From IMG/VR virus record IMGVR_UViG_3300031957_002643, positions 124,001 to 188,000 of that record: a stretch of 64,000 nucleotides of DNA; one strand, 5' to 3'. The position numbers were made by a program, and so were the translations under genes. Below, piece by piece: positions 46,420-54,965 of this stretch (its first letter is position 1; every line of letters starts with the position of its first letter). The notes under the pieces were generated by a model. It was given only the letters and a program-made list of their open reading frames with translations, was not told where the DNA came from and made no database searches.

Positions 46420-47587
46420 GCACATCGATCAAGTTCGCGATGCCATCGCGGACGTTGAGGGCATGGGCGAAGTTGATAAAGGAAAATTTATCATCTTCGA
46501 TTATGTCGTTGCTTTTGCTGACACTTTTCCTCCGGTTGAAACTGATGTGGACGCGATTCGTCGTGAATGTCGTGGTATCACGTTCGACAAGGAAACCGGT
46601 GAAATTATTCGTCGTCCGTTCCACAAGTTTTTCAACGTCAACGAACGTGATGAAACTCGCATGGAACTGATTGATGTGAAGCAGCCGCATGTTGTTTTGC
46701 ACAAGTATGATGGTTCCATGATCGCACCGGTAATTGTTGATGGTGAGATTCTTTGGGGTACTCGTAAGATTGCACAAGAATTCCATGAACTTGTTGCAGC
46801 ACATGTTGCGCGGTCTGATGAAGATTATGTTGGACTGGTCGAATGGTGCACCAAGATCGGTGCAACTCCGATGTTTGAATTTATGTCACCTGACAAACAA
46901 ATTGTGGTCGAACACAAGCGTGAAGAACTTCGTCTGCTTGCGGTTCGTGCCATGAAGTCCGGTAATTACTTCACGCAAAATATGATCGAGAATCTTCATG
47001 TTCGTTTCAATGTTCCGATTGCTGGTCAAGCATTCGATTCGGTTGATAGTCTTTCCGACTTCATTCCGTTCGTGCGTAATCTGAAAGATGATCGTGAAGG
47101 TGTTGTCATTCGCTTCGAGGACGGACATCACGTCAAGCTGAAGACCGAACAATATACTGCGGCACACCGTGCAAAAGAGCTTCTTGTTGATAAGGACGTG
47201 GTTAAAATGATCCTACACGATACGGTTGATGACATCATGCCTTATATTGGTATTGATGATCAAAAATCAGTCGAGCGTTTCAAGGACAAAATTTGCCGTG
47301 GTATTCGCGAAACGGCTGAAGAGATGTTCCGTTTTGCTGGTGAATTGCGTGATAACGGTATGACTGTTGGAGAGATTGCAAACAGCGATGAACTCAAGGC
47401 ATATCCGCATCGAATGCTTGTTTCGGTAGTTATGCGGGCCGTGCGCGGCGCTTCCGTTGACGAGATCGAAAATTCAATCTTGATTGTTCTGCGAAAGTGG
47501 ACTGGATCGGGACCGCGTGTCGATTCAATTCGTCCTGTTTTCGGCGGGCATCGCTTTTCTGATCGCGGGCCTTCCGACGAAGAATAG
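46394..47587 (+). CDS. RNA ligase 1 (T4 RnlA-like)
   Basis: RECRGITF, RRPFHKFFN, KYDGSMI, FEF, EGVVIRF, KLKT. Confidence 0.9.
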   Translation: MKYKFPTIEHIDQVRDAIADVEGMGEVDKGKFIIFDYVVAFADTFPPVETDVDAIRRECRGITFDKETGEIIRRPFHKFFNVNERDETRMELIDVKQPHVVLHKYDGSMIAPVIVDGEILWGTRKIAQEFHELVAAHVARSDEDYVGLVEWCTKIGATPMFEFMSPDKQIVVEHKREELRLLAVRAMKSGNYFTQNMIENLHVRFNVPIAGQAFDSVDSLSDFIPFVRNLKDDREGVVIRFEDGHHVKLKTEQYTAAHRAKELLVDKDVVKMILHDTVDDIMPYIGIDDQKSVERFKDKICRGIRETAEEMFRFAGELRDNGMTVGEIANSDELKAYPHRMLVSVVMRAVRGASVDEIENSILIVLRKWTGSGPRVDSIRPVFGGHRFSDRGPSDEE

Positions 47588-48035
47588 TCTCCCAAGAGGA
47601 AATGAGTGAAAGATATGTTCTCCGAATTTTAGGAAAACCTTTATTCGGGAACATTCTTTCGCTTTCTTCTTCAATCATATCAATCGCATCAATAACATCT
47701 GTTTTGAACTTTTCGTTTTTGATTTTCATTCGGTCAATGCGATTATACACAATCTCTTTCAAAGATGTCAGATATCCATTCATGTCTCGTTTGTCTTTGA
47801 TTGGGTATCGCTTGATCAATAGGGCTGGTTTGACACCATTATCGATTAGATATTTTCTTCGAACAACAGCCAATACATAATGGCGTCCATCCTGTTCAAA
47901 GTATCTAATGACTTCGCTTGCGTCGATCCACAATGACCAAATCTTGCCAGATTTGTTTTCCACAAGAATTCGTAGCTTCTTCTTTTCTAGAAGTCTCGTG
48001 GCAACGAGGCCAATTATTTCAATGTTCATCATCAT
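47430..48035 (-). CDS. Hypothetical basic protein
   Basis: ORF track; 3' end overlaps the ligase gene. Confidence 0.55.
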   Translation of the reverse strand: MMMNIEIIGLVATRLLEKKKLRILVENKSGKIWSLWIDASEVIRYFEQDGRHYVLAVVRRKYLIDNGVKPALLIKRYPIKDKRDMNGYLTSLKEIVYNRIDRMKIKNEKFKTDVIDAIDMIEEESERMFPNKGFPKIRRTYLSLISSWETILRRKARDQKSDARRKQDELNRHAVPIQSTFAEQSRLNFRSRQRKRRARPA

Positions 48036-48241
48036 TATGTTTTACCGGAATGTCTGATTCCTATAACTAATTTATAACAACAATAGTAGTTGTAAGTCAA
48101 TGGATGAAGAAGATTTAGACCTGATAGAACTTGTTACCTATGATAATCTGAATAGCCATATTCAGAACTTAAGACATCATTCTCAAAATACAGATATTTT
48201 CGACCTATTCATCCTAAAATACACAAAAGAAATCTTCGCAA

Positions 48242-49405
48242 CTATAACCAACGAGTGTCTACATAAAAAATATGCCCGGCAACCCGTGTTGTTTCTTGAT
48301 TGCGCTCGGACGCCGCCCAATAAGGATTAACACTGGTCGAATGATACATGGTTGCCCCGCCAGTCGGATCATCACTATGACCAGTTAGAATTTGAATGGC
48401 TATAACCTGTGCAAGTTTCCATGCTTGTCCATCTGGTGTCGCTGGATTTACCTGATCGATATTCAGCATGCGTTCCCTGTTTGGATCATTCTGATTCCAA
48501 CAAGAGAATTGACGATCATGTAAGGCTACGCCCGGAATAGTATCACCGCCCCACATGTTTGCACCAACGGTAGCACGGTTCACGATCACATGACCAATAG
48601 CTCTCATACCCAATTCGCCCTGTGATCTGGCTTCCCCCCACATCGTCAATGCCAGATAAATGAAATCATCTGTTCTGACCAGTTCATTCAAATCATAATA
48701 GTCGGCATCAATGTTTTCCATACTTTTGTGTTCGACTTCATCATGTGATGGTTCTGTCATCCAGCGTTCGAATGTTTCCTCGTCAATCACGATAGGTGCA
48801 TCAACAGCTTCCACAGCATTGACTGCGGCTTCTGCTGATGTTGAATGGGTGACAGCCTTCATTGGAGCCACTACGGTAGAAACTGTCAATCCCAATGATG
48901 CGATGATAGAAGTAATCCGTTGGGATATACTGCCCTCCATCAATTCCTGTTCCATCAATGCATTGACGTAATCTTTGATATCCTTTTCAGAAAGATTACT
49001 CAAAGCATTTCTAAGACCAAAGTTCATCGCAAAAAGATCAACAATATCCATGCCGCCAAGTTCGACGCTTCTATAGTAAACCTTCATGTCCCCAACAATC
49101 AGACTTTTATTATAGTAGCTTCCCTCTTTGGATTTTATTTGTGTGAGGAATAATTCATAGGATTCTTCTACGTGTCTTAGGTCGAACCCGAGATCATCCA
49201 CAAGGTTTTGTTTGATCATATCATGATCGGCTTCTTTCGCGTCCACAAACACGACCGTCTTACGATCACTGAGCACCAGACCACGAACAGCCAATCTGTT
49301 CTTAACCAGATGTCTTAGCTTACTCTTGTGAGGATTGATGTAGATCAGATATTCTTTATTGTAATCATATGGACTTGAGACCCGCTCCATGCCTTCAATA
49401 ATCAT
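48242..49405 (-). CDS. Protein with C-terminal SleB-type cell wall hydrolase domain
   Basis: LALTMWGEARSQ, VIVNR, QFSCWN, DPTGGATMYH. Confidence 0.85.
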   Translation of the reverse strand: MIIEGMERVSSPYDYNKEYLIYINPHKSKLRHLVKNRLAVRGLVLSDRKTVVFVDAKEADHDMIKQNLVDDLGFDLRHVEESYELFLTQIKSKEGSYYNKSLIVGDMKVYYRSVELGGMDIVDLFAMNFGLRNALSNLSEKDIKDYVNALMEQELMEGSISQRITSIIASLGLTVSTVVAPMKAVTHSTSAEAAVNAVEAVDAPIVIDEETFERWMTEPSHDEVEHKSMENIDADYYDLNELVRTDDFIYLALTMWGEARSQGELGMRAIGHVIVNRATVGANMWGGDTIPGVALHDRQFSCWNQNDPNRERMLNIDQVNPATPDGQAWKLAQVIAIQILTGHSDDPTGGATMYHSTSVNPYWAASERNQETTRVAGHIFYVDTRWL

Positions 49406-50025
49406 GCTCGTGCCTCCTTCGGTGGATCGAATTTGTCTTCGCGCTCCCCCTGTTGGTTTTTGTACAGGATGCCATGAATACGTATAGGGGCATTTTTATC
49501 CAATCTAATTTCATTTTCATCAGTAAAGCTTTGAGAAATATTCTGTCCTAATGTAGCAATCCAATCAACATTTCGGATATCTGCTGATGCATGAACGATA
49601 AGCGTGTTCTCCGATGCGTGTTTTCCAAAATACGGAAATGCAGAATCTTTAGAATATGCCCAAAAGACACCAACATTAGCAAGGTTCATGTCTTTTAAGT
49701 CTTTCACGGTGACCGCTCGCCACAATGGAATATGCCAATCTGGTCCAACCACCCCTGATACATATTGGATGGTTGCTGAAAAACGATCTATCAATTCAGA
49801 TTCAAGCCACGATTCGAATTCATCATCCCAATTCATACTATCATCGTCTTCATCGTATCCATATTGATATTCAAATTCTTGGCGCATTTCATCTACGCCA
49901 CCAACGTCTTCATATTGCATATGTCTCAATACCTGTTCATAAAAATGATGACCATCAGTTTCAAACCGAAGCCATTGCCTTGGATCATTTGTATTTTCGA
50001 ATAGAGATTGTAATAGCGACATCAA
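49402..50025 (-). CDS. Putative ADP-ribosyltransferase-fold protein
   Basis: LWRAV, GVFWAY and ENEIRL resemble the R-S-E arrangement. Confidence 0.5.
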   Translation of the reverse strand: MMSLLQSLFENTNDPRQWLRFETDGHHFYEQVLRHMQYEDVGGVDEMRQEFEYQYGYDEDDDSMNWDDEFESWLESELIDRFSATIQYVSGVVGPDWHIPLWRAVTVKDLKDMNLANVGVFWAYSKDSAFPYFGKHASENTLIVHASADIRNVDWIATLGQNISQSFTDENEIRLDKNAPIRIHGILYKNQQGEREDKFDPPKEARA

Positions 50026-50768
50026 CCAAAGAACGGAATTGGTCCGCCTCCACCATCAGTGCTATCGAGAAGGTCTTGAATAAGCTGTTCCTTCATTTCC
50101 TTGCCAGTTGCAATCAAATCGCTACCCTTAAGAACGGTACCGCCCTGTGGACCCGGAATAGTTGCAAGCTTGGAATATTTTTCACCAAGTATCATACGAA
50201 CACCAGCCTCAGTGTATTGCATCAACCATTTGTATGCGGCTGAATTCTTTAAAAGACGATCAATACTTTTAACTGCTGAACACTCAAGCATCACGGTTTC
50301 ATCACCACGCAATGTTCTCCACAGATGAAGTTTCCCTTCACCTTCATCAAACTCAAACATGATGTGTTCACCGAACATTCTACCAATCTGTTCTTGAAAT
50401 TGGGTTAGTGCTTCAAAATTCAACAGACCGGGGAAAGTAGTATCTCTATATCGCAATGTGTGTTGAATGAATGCGGCTGAGAATGGCTCGAATCCATTAC
50501 CGCCCATCAATAGAGCAGTACGAAGGCGTCTGATCTCTTTAACGCTATCAATTTCTTCTGGAAGTTGATAGGCCATCTCACCCGCTTTTGCTTCCAAGAA
50601 CAAGAACCCTTCATGAATAGATTCACGTGAATACGTTCTATATGTCCTCAATGCTTCATCGAATGCGACGTTATAATCATCCTGTTCCAACTCTACTTCG
50701 ATGTTGGTTCCACCGAGTTTGACATAGACGGAATAGAAGAGCTTATCGAGTTCGTTTTTAATTTCCAT
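50022..50768 (-). CDS. Neck protein (T4 gp13-like)
   Basis: IEVELEQDDYNVAFDEAL, ILGEKYSKLATIPGPQGG..LKG. Confidence 0.85.
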   Translation of the reverse strand: MEIKNELDKLFYSVYVKLGGTNIEVELEQDDYNVAFDEALRTYRTYSRESIHEGFLFLEAKAGEMAYQLPEEIDSVKEIRRLRTALLMGGNGFEPFSAAFIQHTLRYRDTTFPGLLNFEALTQFQEQIGRMFGEHIMFEFDEGEGKLHLWRTLRGDETVMLECSAVKSIDRLLKNSAAYKWLMQYTEAGVRMILGEKYSKLATIPGPQGGTVLKGSDLIATGKEMKEQLIQDLLDSTDGGGGPIPFFG

Positions 50769-50844
50769 GGATCGATACCTATTTGATGCTAGGATTATTT
50801 ATTCGAAAGGTAAATAGTAGGAAGCACTTGGTAGGTATTCAGAA

Positions 50845-51273
50845 ATGGCAACAATTAACGTTTACAATAAATTCAAGCTATACATCGGTGATGGAACTAT
50901 CGATCTCGATAACGATCAGTTGAAAATCGCACTGTTGGACAGCAATCACTCATTCGTTTCAACACACACTGACTGGTCACAGGTCAGTGCGAATGAGATT
51001 TCAGCCGGTAATGGCTATACAGGCGGCGGTAAAGTATTGGTGAACGTCACATGGACCGAAACCGGTGGAACTGCGACACTGGACGCAGATAATGTCACAT
51101 GGACCGCTACAGGTGGTGCTCTTGGTCCCGCAAGCCATGCAATCATCTATGATGATACCGCGACTGATGACAAACTCATTTGTTCTATCGATTTTGAAGG
51201 CAGTCAGACAGCAGGCGAAGGAACAGAGTTCCGCATCACATTCAATTCGAACGGAATTTTGAGACTATCATGA
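50845..51273 (+). CDS. Virion structural protein
   Basis: IDLDNDQLKIALL, GYTGGGKVL, LDADNVTW; pattern common in tail modules. Confidence 0.7.
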   Translation: MATINVYNKFKLYIGDGTIDLDNDQLKIALLDSNHSFVSTHTDWSQVSANEISAGNGYTGGGKVLVNVTWTETGGTATLDADNVTWTATGGALGPASHAIIYDDTATDDKLICSIDFEGSQTAGEGTEFRITFNSNGILRLS

Positions 51274-51521
51274 GCATTTTGAGAGACGGTATCCGCGCAC
51301 AAATTGGTGAAGAGCTAATAAAGCACAAGCAGGAAATTGCTCGTAGTGCTTCTAATATTATCAACGATGTCATTATTAGAAAACAGCGCTTTGATGAAAT
51401 CAGAGAATTGATGCAATCCGATACCAATAGCTTTAGTGCACAAGATATTGCTGATCTCGATTCCATCCAAGGCGAATTGTTGATCAGAATCCAAGAAGTT
51501 TACGACCTTGTTAGTAGTTAA
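51270..51521 (+). CDS. Hypothetical protein
   Basis: ATGA-coupled ORF. Confidence 0.65.
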   Translation: MSILRDGIRAQIGEELIKHKQEIARSASNIINDVIIRKQRFDEIRELMQSDTNSFSAQDIADLDSIQGELLIRIQEVYDLVSS

Positions 51522-51524
51522 TAG

Positions 51525-54260
51525 ATGTCACAGTGGTACAATGGATCATGGCTAAACAGACAAGCGGTTACTATTCATCATGAACAGGTTCCGTCTACAC
51601 TAAGCAATTTTGTCTGTTATCTAGACGAGACTGGTTTTGTCAAACCCGGTCTTGATAGCGATATATTTGAGGGTGCAAAGGCCGATGGTTCTGATATCGT
51701 TGTCACCGCGTCCGATGGATTTACCAAATTAGACCACGAGCTTGTTGCGTTTGATGCTGGCAATCAAAAACTAGAGCTATGGGTTAAAATTCCAACTGTT
51801 GCTGCTGGAACAGATACCACTATTTTCGTTTATTATGGGAATGCCGCATATACTGAAACCTATACTGGTGCAGTCTGGACATCCTATCAATATGTTTCAC
51901 ATAATGGTGGTAAAACAGATTCAACCGGTAACGCTGCGGCATCAACCACATATGGTTCACCAACCCTATTAGATGACGGCATCACCGGCAAGGCATATGA
52001 TTTTGAAAATGCTGGTGATATTTTTGACACTGGTCTTGGTGCAATTACCTATCCGTTGACGTTCCAAACATGGGTTAAACCTTCGTCTTTCACAGGCCCG
52101 TATGTGATGGGCAATTACAATTCTTCTAGTGAAGACCTGACCCTCTACACTCAATCATCACAATGGGTATTCAACGTTGAAAATGGTGGCGGTGCTCATG
52201 GTTTTGGTACTGTCAACCAAGGCGCATGGAACTTTTTGGGCGTCACCATTGATAGCCAATACAACAAGACCTACCACAATGGGTCTTTCATTGGAACCAT
52301 TTCTTCTGCTGGTGCTACCGGAAGTATTGATACCGGGAACACTCTTCATATAAATGATAGAGGCGATACAGTAAACACTGCTGGCGGGATCGCCATTGAT
52401 GAGATTCGTTTTTATGCTGGTGTGCTTGATGCCGATCATATCGAAGCCGAATACAACAACCAAGTATCACCAGCAACATTCTATTCCGTATCAAACCAGC
52501 AAGAAGTTTCCGGTGCATATGTTGCGCCGCCAACAGCAGACATAACCTTAACTGATTATGTTCCGCTAATATCTGTTGGGGTTAATATCGTTGCTCCCGC
52601 CGCAGCATTATCATTTGTCACACAAGCGCCAGTCGTAGGAACTGGTGTGGTTGTAAGTCTTGGCTTTGGAACCATCACACTAGATGCACCAGTTGCCGGT
52701 GTTGATGCCAATGTGAATATTCCATCCGCCATCAATGTTGACATTGGAAAACATTGGGGCGGTGCTCGTAAATTCAAACCAGTCAAACCATTTGAATTAT
52801 TCAAAGAAGGCAATTTGAAGAATAAGGATTCCCAATTTATTTCAGGTATCAACCGCCAGATTATCGAGTTCGGTGGTGTCGTTTGTTATATTTGGAAACT
52901 GCTGGGAACCTATGATCAATCCTCAGCAAACGGAAAACCCGGAACACAACTTGATGAAGCATGGGGCGAATTGGACGATGATGGTAATCTCATTGGTATC
53001 CAAGATACTATTCTTGGTGAGAACCGAGATCGCAAGTATTCAGAAAATTCCATTCGCCTCAAAGGAACATATGCCGTTTCAGAAAATGAACTAGATTATG
53101 CTCGCTTCGGAATGGCATTACTTGGTGACATCATCCAAATCGAATTCCACAAGGAAGACATGGTAGAAAAGGTTGGCAGACGATTAAAGCCCGGTGATGT
53201 CATTGAAATGGTTCACCTGAGAGAAATTGGTGAAGATGGTACAATTGCCAATCGTTATTATGAAGTCGATAATATTGCGCGTTCTCCTTCTGGTTACGAT
53301 CACACATATCAATACCACATTCTTGCAGCAACGCTAAAGCCAATCAGAGACAGTCAAGAATTTATTGATCTGATGGAACGTGAAGACGAATACGGCAGAA
53401 CACTTCAAGATCAGATTTCGAATAGGAAATATCTAGAAGGCCTAACTGCGAAGAATCAAGACGCTGCTAATGAGCAAGCGTATACGACCAATTATGACAC
53501 TACACCATTGTACATCACAGATGAGGGACAGATTGTTCCGCATATTTGGACTGATGATGGTGAGCCGCCAAATGGAAGACCTGTTACACAGGTTACGAGT
53601 TTCCCATCAACGCCGACCGAAGGTGATTATGTTGTTCGTATCGATTTCTTCCCAAATAAATTGTATCGCTACCAGTCTGGCAAATGGCTTCTCAAAGAAA
53701 AAGACACGAAGAGAGAATGGCAACCATACAACTGGACCAGAAAACTTCGTGAATTCTCTTCTGATCGAACGATCCATGATGATATCAGACCATGGGAATT
53801 GAAATCCATCCATGATATCGGAACTCCGACACAGGGACGTTCTAATCCATCACCAAAGGGTCATGATATTATTCACGCGAATATTTTTGATTGGGACCGC
53901 AAGATTAAAGTCGAAATTCCAGATGATGTCTTGGAAGAGGCACCAGAAGTCGAACGTTCAGCGACGTTGATTCCTACGAATGCTCAAACCAATATTTCTG
54001 ATTTCCTAAATGCGACATCAGGTCAATATGATTTCTTCTTGGTCTATTATGTAATCACTCGTGGTAACAATCAGCAAACAGGTGAACTATTGCTTAATGA
54101 TGATGGGACCAATGTTTCAATCGACCAAGAAAAATCAGACATTGGGGATGTTGGTGTTACTTTCTATGGCGTACACGAAGGTGGATACAGAAAGCTTAAG
54201 TACACTATGACTGATGGTTCTAATGCAACAATCAAATTCTTCGTGAAGGGTGCTTGGTAA
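51525..54260 (+). CDS. Multidomain protein: DUF2341-like and LamG-like N-terminus fused to a gp14-like neck domain
   Basis: DGSDIVVT..LDHELVAF..LWVKIP..IFVYYGN; IDEIRFY..IEAEYNNQ; IQDTILGENRDRKY..ELDYARFG..IQIEFH. Confidence 0.75.
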   Translation: MSQWYNGSWLNRQAVTIHHEQVPSTLSNFVCYLDETGFVKPGLDSDIFEGAKADGSDIVVTASDGFTKLDHELVAFDAGNQKLELWVKIPTVAAGTDTTIFVYYGNAAYTETYTGAVWTSYQYVSHNGGKTDSTGNAAASTTYGSPTLLDDGITGKAYDFENAGDIFDTGLGAITYPLTFQTWVKPSSFTGPYVMGNYNSSSEDLTLYTQSSQWVFNVENGGGAHGFGTVNQGAWNFLGVTIDSQYNKTYHNGSFIGTISSAGATGSIDTGNTLHINDRGDTVNTAGGIAIDEIRFYAGVLDADHIEAEYNNQVSPATFYSVSNQQEVSGAYVAPPTADITLTDYVPLISVGVNIVAPAAALSFVTQAPVVGTGVVVSLGFGTITLDAPVAGVDANVNIPSAINVDIGKHWGGARKFKPVKPFELFKEGNLKNKDSQFISGINRQIIEFGGVVCYIWKLLGTYDQSSANGKPGTQLDEAWGELDDDGNLIGIQDTILGENRDRKYSENSIRLKGTYAVSENELDYARFGMALLGDIIQIEFHKEDMVEKVGRRLKPGDVIEMVHLREIGEDGTIANRYYEVDNIARSPSGYDHTYQYHILAATLKPIRDSQEFIDLMEREDEYGRTLQDQISNRKYLEGLTAKNQDAANEQAYTTNYDTTPLYITDEGQIVPHIWTDDGEPPNGRPVTQVTSFPSTPTEGDYVVRIDFFPNKLYRYQSGKWLLKEKDTKREWQPYNWTRKLREFSSDRTIHDDIRPWELKSIHDIGTPTQGRSNPSPKGHDIIHANIFDWDRKIKVEIPDDVLEEAPEVERSATLIPTNAQTNISDFLNATSGQYDFFLVYYVITRGNNQQTGELLLNDDGTNVSIDQEKSDIGDVGVTFYGVHEGGYRKLKYTMTDGSNATIKFFVKGAW

Positions 54261-54682
54261 TGAAAATTTGTGATCTACTTGAGAAAGTCCAAATTGAATA
54301 CGTAAGAGGACCAAGAGGAACTACTGAGGTATTGATGAATCCTTCTACCCGTGACGTTTTGAAGGAACTCCACAACCAAGGTGATCTTCGTGGCTATTGG
54401 GAACCTGTTATGGGAAGTTATGCCTTTTGGCCCGGTTCTACTTTGCATGAGGAAGTGATTGGTAATGATCCAATCTTTTTCGAATATGAAGATGTGATCA
54501 AGCTTTATCTATCAAGAAGCAATTTTGGAATCTATCATTTCGAAAACCGCAAAAGAACAAGCGAAGAAGTGTATGAGCTTGCCGGTGGGAGCCGCGAAGA
54601 GCTATTGAAAAACATGGCAAGCTCATCACACGTTCTTAAAAACCTGATCAAAAGCAAAGAAGTAGTCTGGGATGACGAATAG
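54260..54682 (+). CDS. Hypothetical protein (MKICDLLE N-terminus)
   Basis: ORF coupled to the upstream stop. Confidence 0.7.
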   Translation: MKICDLLEKVQIEYVRGPRGTTEVLMNPSTRDVLKELHNQGDLRGYWEPVMGSYAFWPGSTLHEEVIGNDPIFFEYEDVIKLYLSRSNFGIYHFENRKRTSEEVYELAGGSREELLKNMASSSHVLKNLIKSKEVVWDDE

Positions 54683-54904
54683 TTACTCAATTCGTTTGAT
54701 GGTTCGGAAGTCCGTTTGAACAGATTGTCCAACTTCCAATGTCATCACATGGCCGAACCAGAACCAAGTATTGTCCATAGTTGATCCTTTGGTCTTCTCG
54801 TTATAAAGCCACGTTGGTGGATTTTCTTCTGTGAAATATTCAGGATCACCTTTACGCTTCCACGCGGTCATCACCATTTCAAATTTTTTCATCTGTATCT
54901 CCAA
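54683..54904 (-). CDS. Hypothetical protein
   Basis: ORF track. Confidence 0.55.
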   Translation of the reverse strand: MEIQMKKFEMVMTAWKRKGDPEYFTEENPPTWLYNEKTKGSTMDNTWFWFGHVMTLEVGQSVQTDFRTIKRIE

Positions 54905-54907
54905 TAC

Positions 54908-54940
54908 AAAAACGCCCCCGTTTTTACACGAGGGCGTTTC
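54908..54940. terminator. Hairpin terminator downstream of the SPFH gene
   Basis: AAACGCCC...GGGCGTTT. Confidence 0.6.
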
Positions 54941-54965
54941 CGTTGTCTAGATCAGTTTGATCCTA

